Positions 62,583 through 64,000 of a stretch of 64,000 bases of DNA are shown here, piece by piece; position 1 is the first letter of the stretch, and every line of letters starts with the position of its first letter. The stretch covers positions 52,277 to 116,276 of the forward strand of contig SVEC01000006.1 of NCBI GenBank assembly GCA_015057555.1. The letters are read 5' to 3'. This DNA is from Lachnospiraceae bacterium. GTDB lineage: Bacteria > Bacillota > Clostridia > Lachnospirales > Lachnospiraceae. Made by a program: the position numbers and the translations under genes. The notes beneath the pieces are model-generated. The model was not told the DNA's origin. It saw nothing but the letters and a program-made list of their open reading frames with translations, and made no database searches.

Positions 62583-64000
62583 TTATAGAATTGCATTTTC
62601 ATTTAATGATGTAATAATCTTCGACTTAGTCGGTTCAAGTGTACTTCCATACTTAGCTAATATCTCCTGAGCAATCTTAAGCATATCTGCATGATTGTAA
62701 ATATCCGCAAGCATAAATAGCATCTCTCCACTTTGTCTTATACCAAAGAAGTCTCCCGGACCTCTAAGCTTTAGGTCCTCATTGGCTATAAAGAAACCAT
62801 CATTAGACTCTTCTAAAACTTTTAATCTATCCATAGAATCCTTATTACCATTTCCATTTATAAATGCACAGTAGGACTGTTTTTTCCCTCTACCCACACG
62901 ACCTCTAAGCTGATGAAGCTGTGCTAATCCAAAACGTTCAGCATTTTCAACCATCATAAATGTGGCATTTGGATTATTAATACCAACTTCAATAACCGTA
63001 GTAGACACAAGTACGTCAATGTTACCCGCTACAAAATCTTCCATAATCCTATTCTTCTCATCTGCCTTCATCTTACCGTGAAGCATAGTGACTCTTACTG
63101 TTGGTGGTAGATTTTCCTTAAGCGTCTCTGTGTACTCAGTTACATTGGTCAAATCCATGGTCTCGCTTTCCTCAACCATAGGACAAATTACATAGCACTG
63201 TGAACCCTCTGCCACCTGACCAGCTATAAATCTATAAGCTCCTGAACGATAATTAGTTCCTACAACACAGTTCTTAATAGGCTTTCTTCCTCTAGGAAGC
63301 TCCGAAATAACAGAAATATCCAGGTCTGCATACATAATAATAGCCAATGTTCTAGGTATAGGTGTGGCGCTCATTACAAGAGTATGTGGTGCATCTCCCT
63401 TATTAGACAGCTTCTTTCTCTGATTAACACCGAAGCGATGCTGCTCATCCGTTACCACAAGACCTAAATTGTTGTACTCAACCTTATCCTCTATAAGAGC
63501 GTGGGTTCCAATTACCAAATCTATATCTCCAGATTTAAGACCGTCATATATGTGTCTCTTCTCCTTCATAGGGGTAGAACCAACCAAGCAAGCTGTCTTA
63601 ATACCATATTTTCCAAATAATAGACTTATTTCCTCATAATGTTGCTTTGCAAGAACTTCAGTAGGCACCATAAGAGCACCCTGATAACCTTCTTTGATAC
63701 ATGCAAATAGCGCTGCCTCAGCAACAACAGTCTTTCCAGAACCAACATCTCCCTGCACGAGACGATTCATAACATTATCACTGCCCATATCAGATAGTAT
63801 ATCCTCTATAGCCTGTGACTGACCTTTAGTTAAGCTAAAACTTAGATCATTTATAAACTCAGCAACATTTTTGCCCTGAATTATCTTGTGTGTGTTTGAT
63901 AGTTTAATATTCTCCGCTTTAAGCTTACCCATATCATAGAGAAACTTATAAAACTCATCAAAAGCCAGTCTTTTAATAGCATTTCTAAGAACACTTTCAT
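62583..64000 (-). CDS. recG: ATP-dependent DNA helicase RecG (5' part outside window)
   Basis: QGDVGSGKT, DEQHRFG, SATPIPR, QLHQLRGRVGRG, DLKLRGPG; frame stays open past 63932 (IKRLAFDEF) to the window end. Confidence 0.97.
   Translation of the reverse strand, partial: ESVLRNAIKRLAFDEFYKFLYDMGKLKAENIKLSNTHKIIQGKNVAEFINDLSFSLTKGQSQAIEDILSDMGSDNVMNRLVQGDVGSGKTVVAEAALFACIKEGYQGALMVPTEVLAKQHYEEISLLFGKYGIKTACLVGSTPMKEKRHIYDGLKSGDIDLVIGTHALIEDKVEYNNLGLVVTDEQHRFGVNQRKKLSNKGDAPHTLVMSATPIPRTLAIIMYADLDISVISELPRGRKPIKNCVVGTNYRSGAYRFIAGQVAEGSQCYVICPMVEESETMDLTNVTEYTETLKENLPPTVRVTMLHGKMKADEKNRIMEDFVAGNIDVLVSTTVIEVGINNPNATFMMVENAERFGLAQLHQLRGRVGRGKKQSYCAFINGNGNKDSMDRLKVLEESNDGFFIANEDLKLRGPGDFFGIRQSGEMLFMLADIYNHADMLKIAQEILAKYGSTLEPTKSKIITSLNENAIL

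Overview
AT-rich core chromosomal segment from an endospore-forming, probably motile Clostridia bacterium. A Lachnospiraceae-like origin is inferred from gene content and order. It holds about 54 CDS, nearly all on the minus strand: an FtsA-like actin ATPase (partial), coaE, polA, a zf-HC2 protein, ilvNC, a short MetH, cell-wall enzymes, sporulation genes (dacF, asnO-like, spoVFAB, dacB, spoIVA, tepA), scpAB, der-plsY-gpsA, the rplS-lepB-ylqF-lepB-rnhB-fliK-like-flhB-like-yraN block, cheR, an ispH-rpsA fusion, cmk, ktrAB, a Na+-translocating decarboxylase cluster, pgsA, rimO, folD, fhs, ftsK, a GH94 phosphorylase, pnp and recG (partial). I see no CRISPR array, rRNA/tRNA, prophage, transposon or defence island, and no clearly new multi-gene system. 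The best leads are: (1) a near-consensus promoter and strong RBS inside the ispH half of the ispH-rpsA fusion, which would make a free S1 protein; (2) a decarboxylase operon with two unrelated carboxyltransferases and a lipoprotein-type OadG; (3) a long hairpin in the pnp leader; (4) a candidate sRNA between the GH94 gene and tepA; (5) an orphan anti-sigma-like gene coupled to polA. All calls come from motif recognition by eye; no database searches were run.
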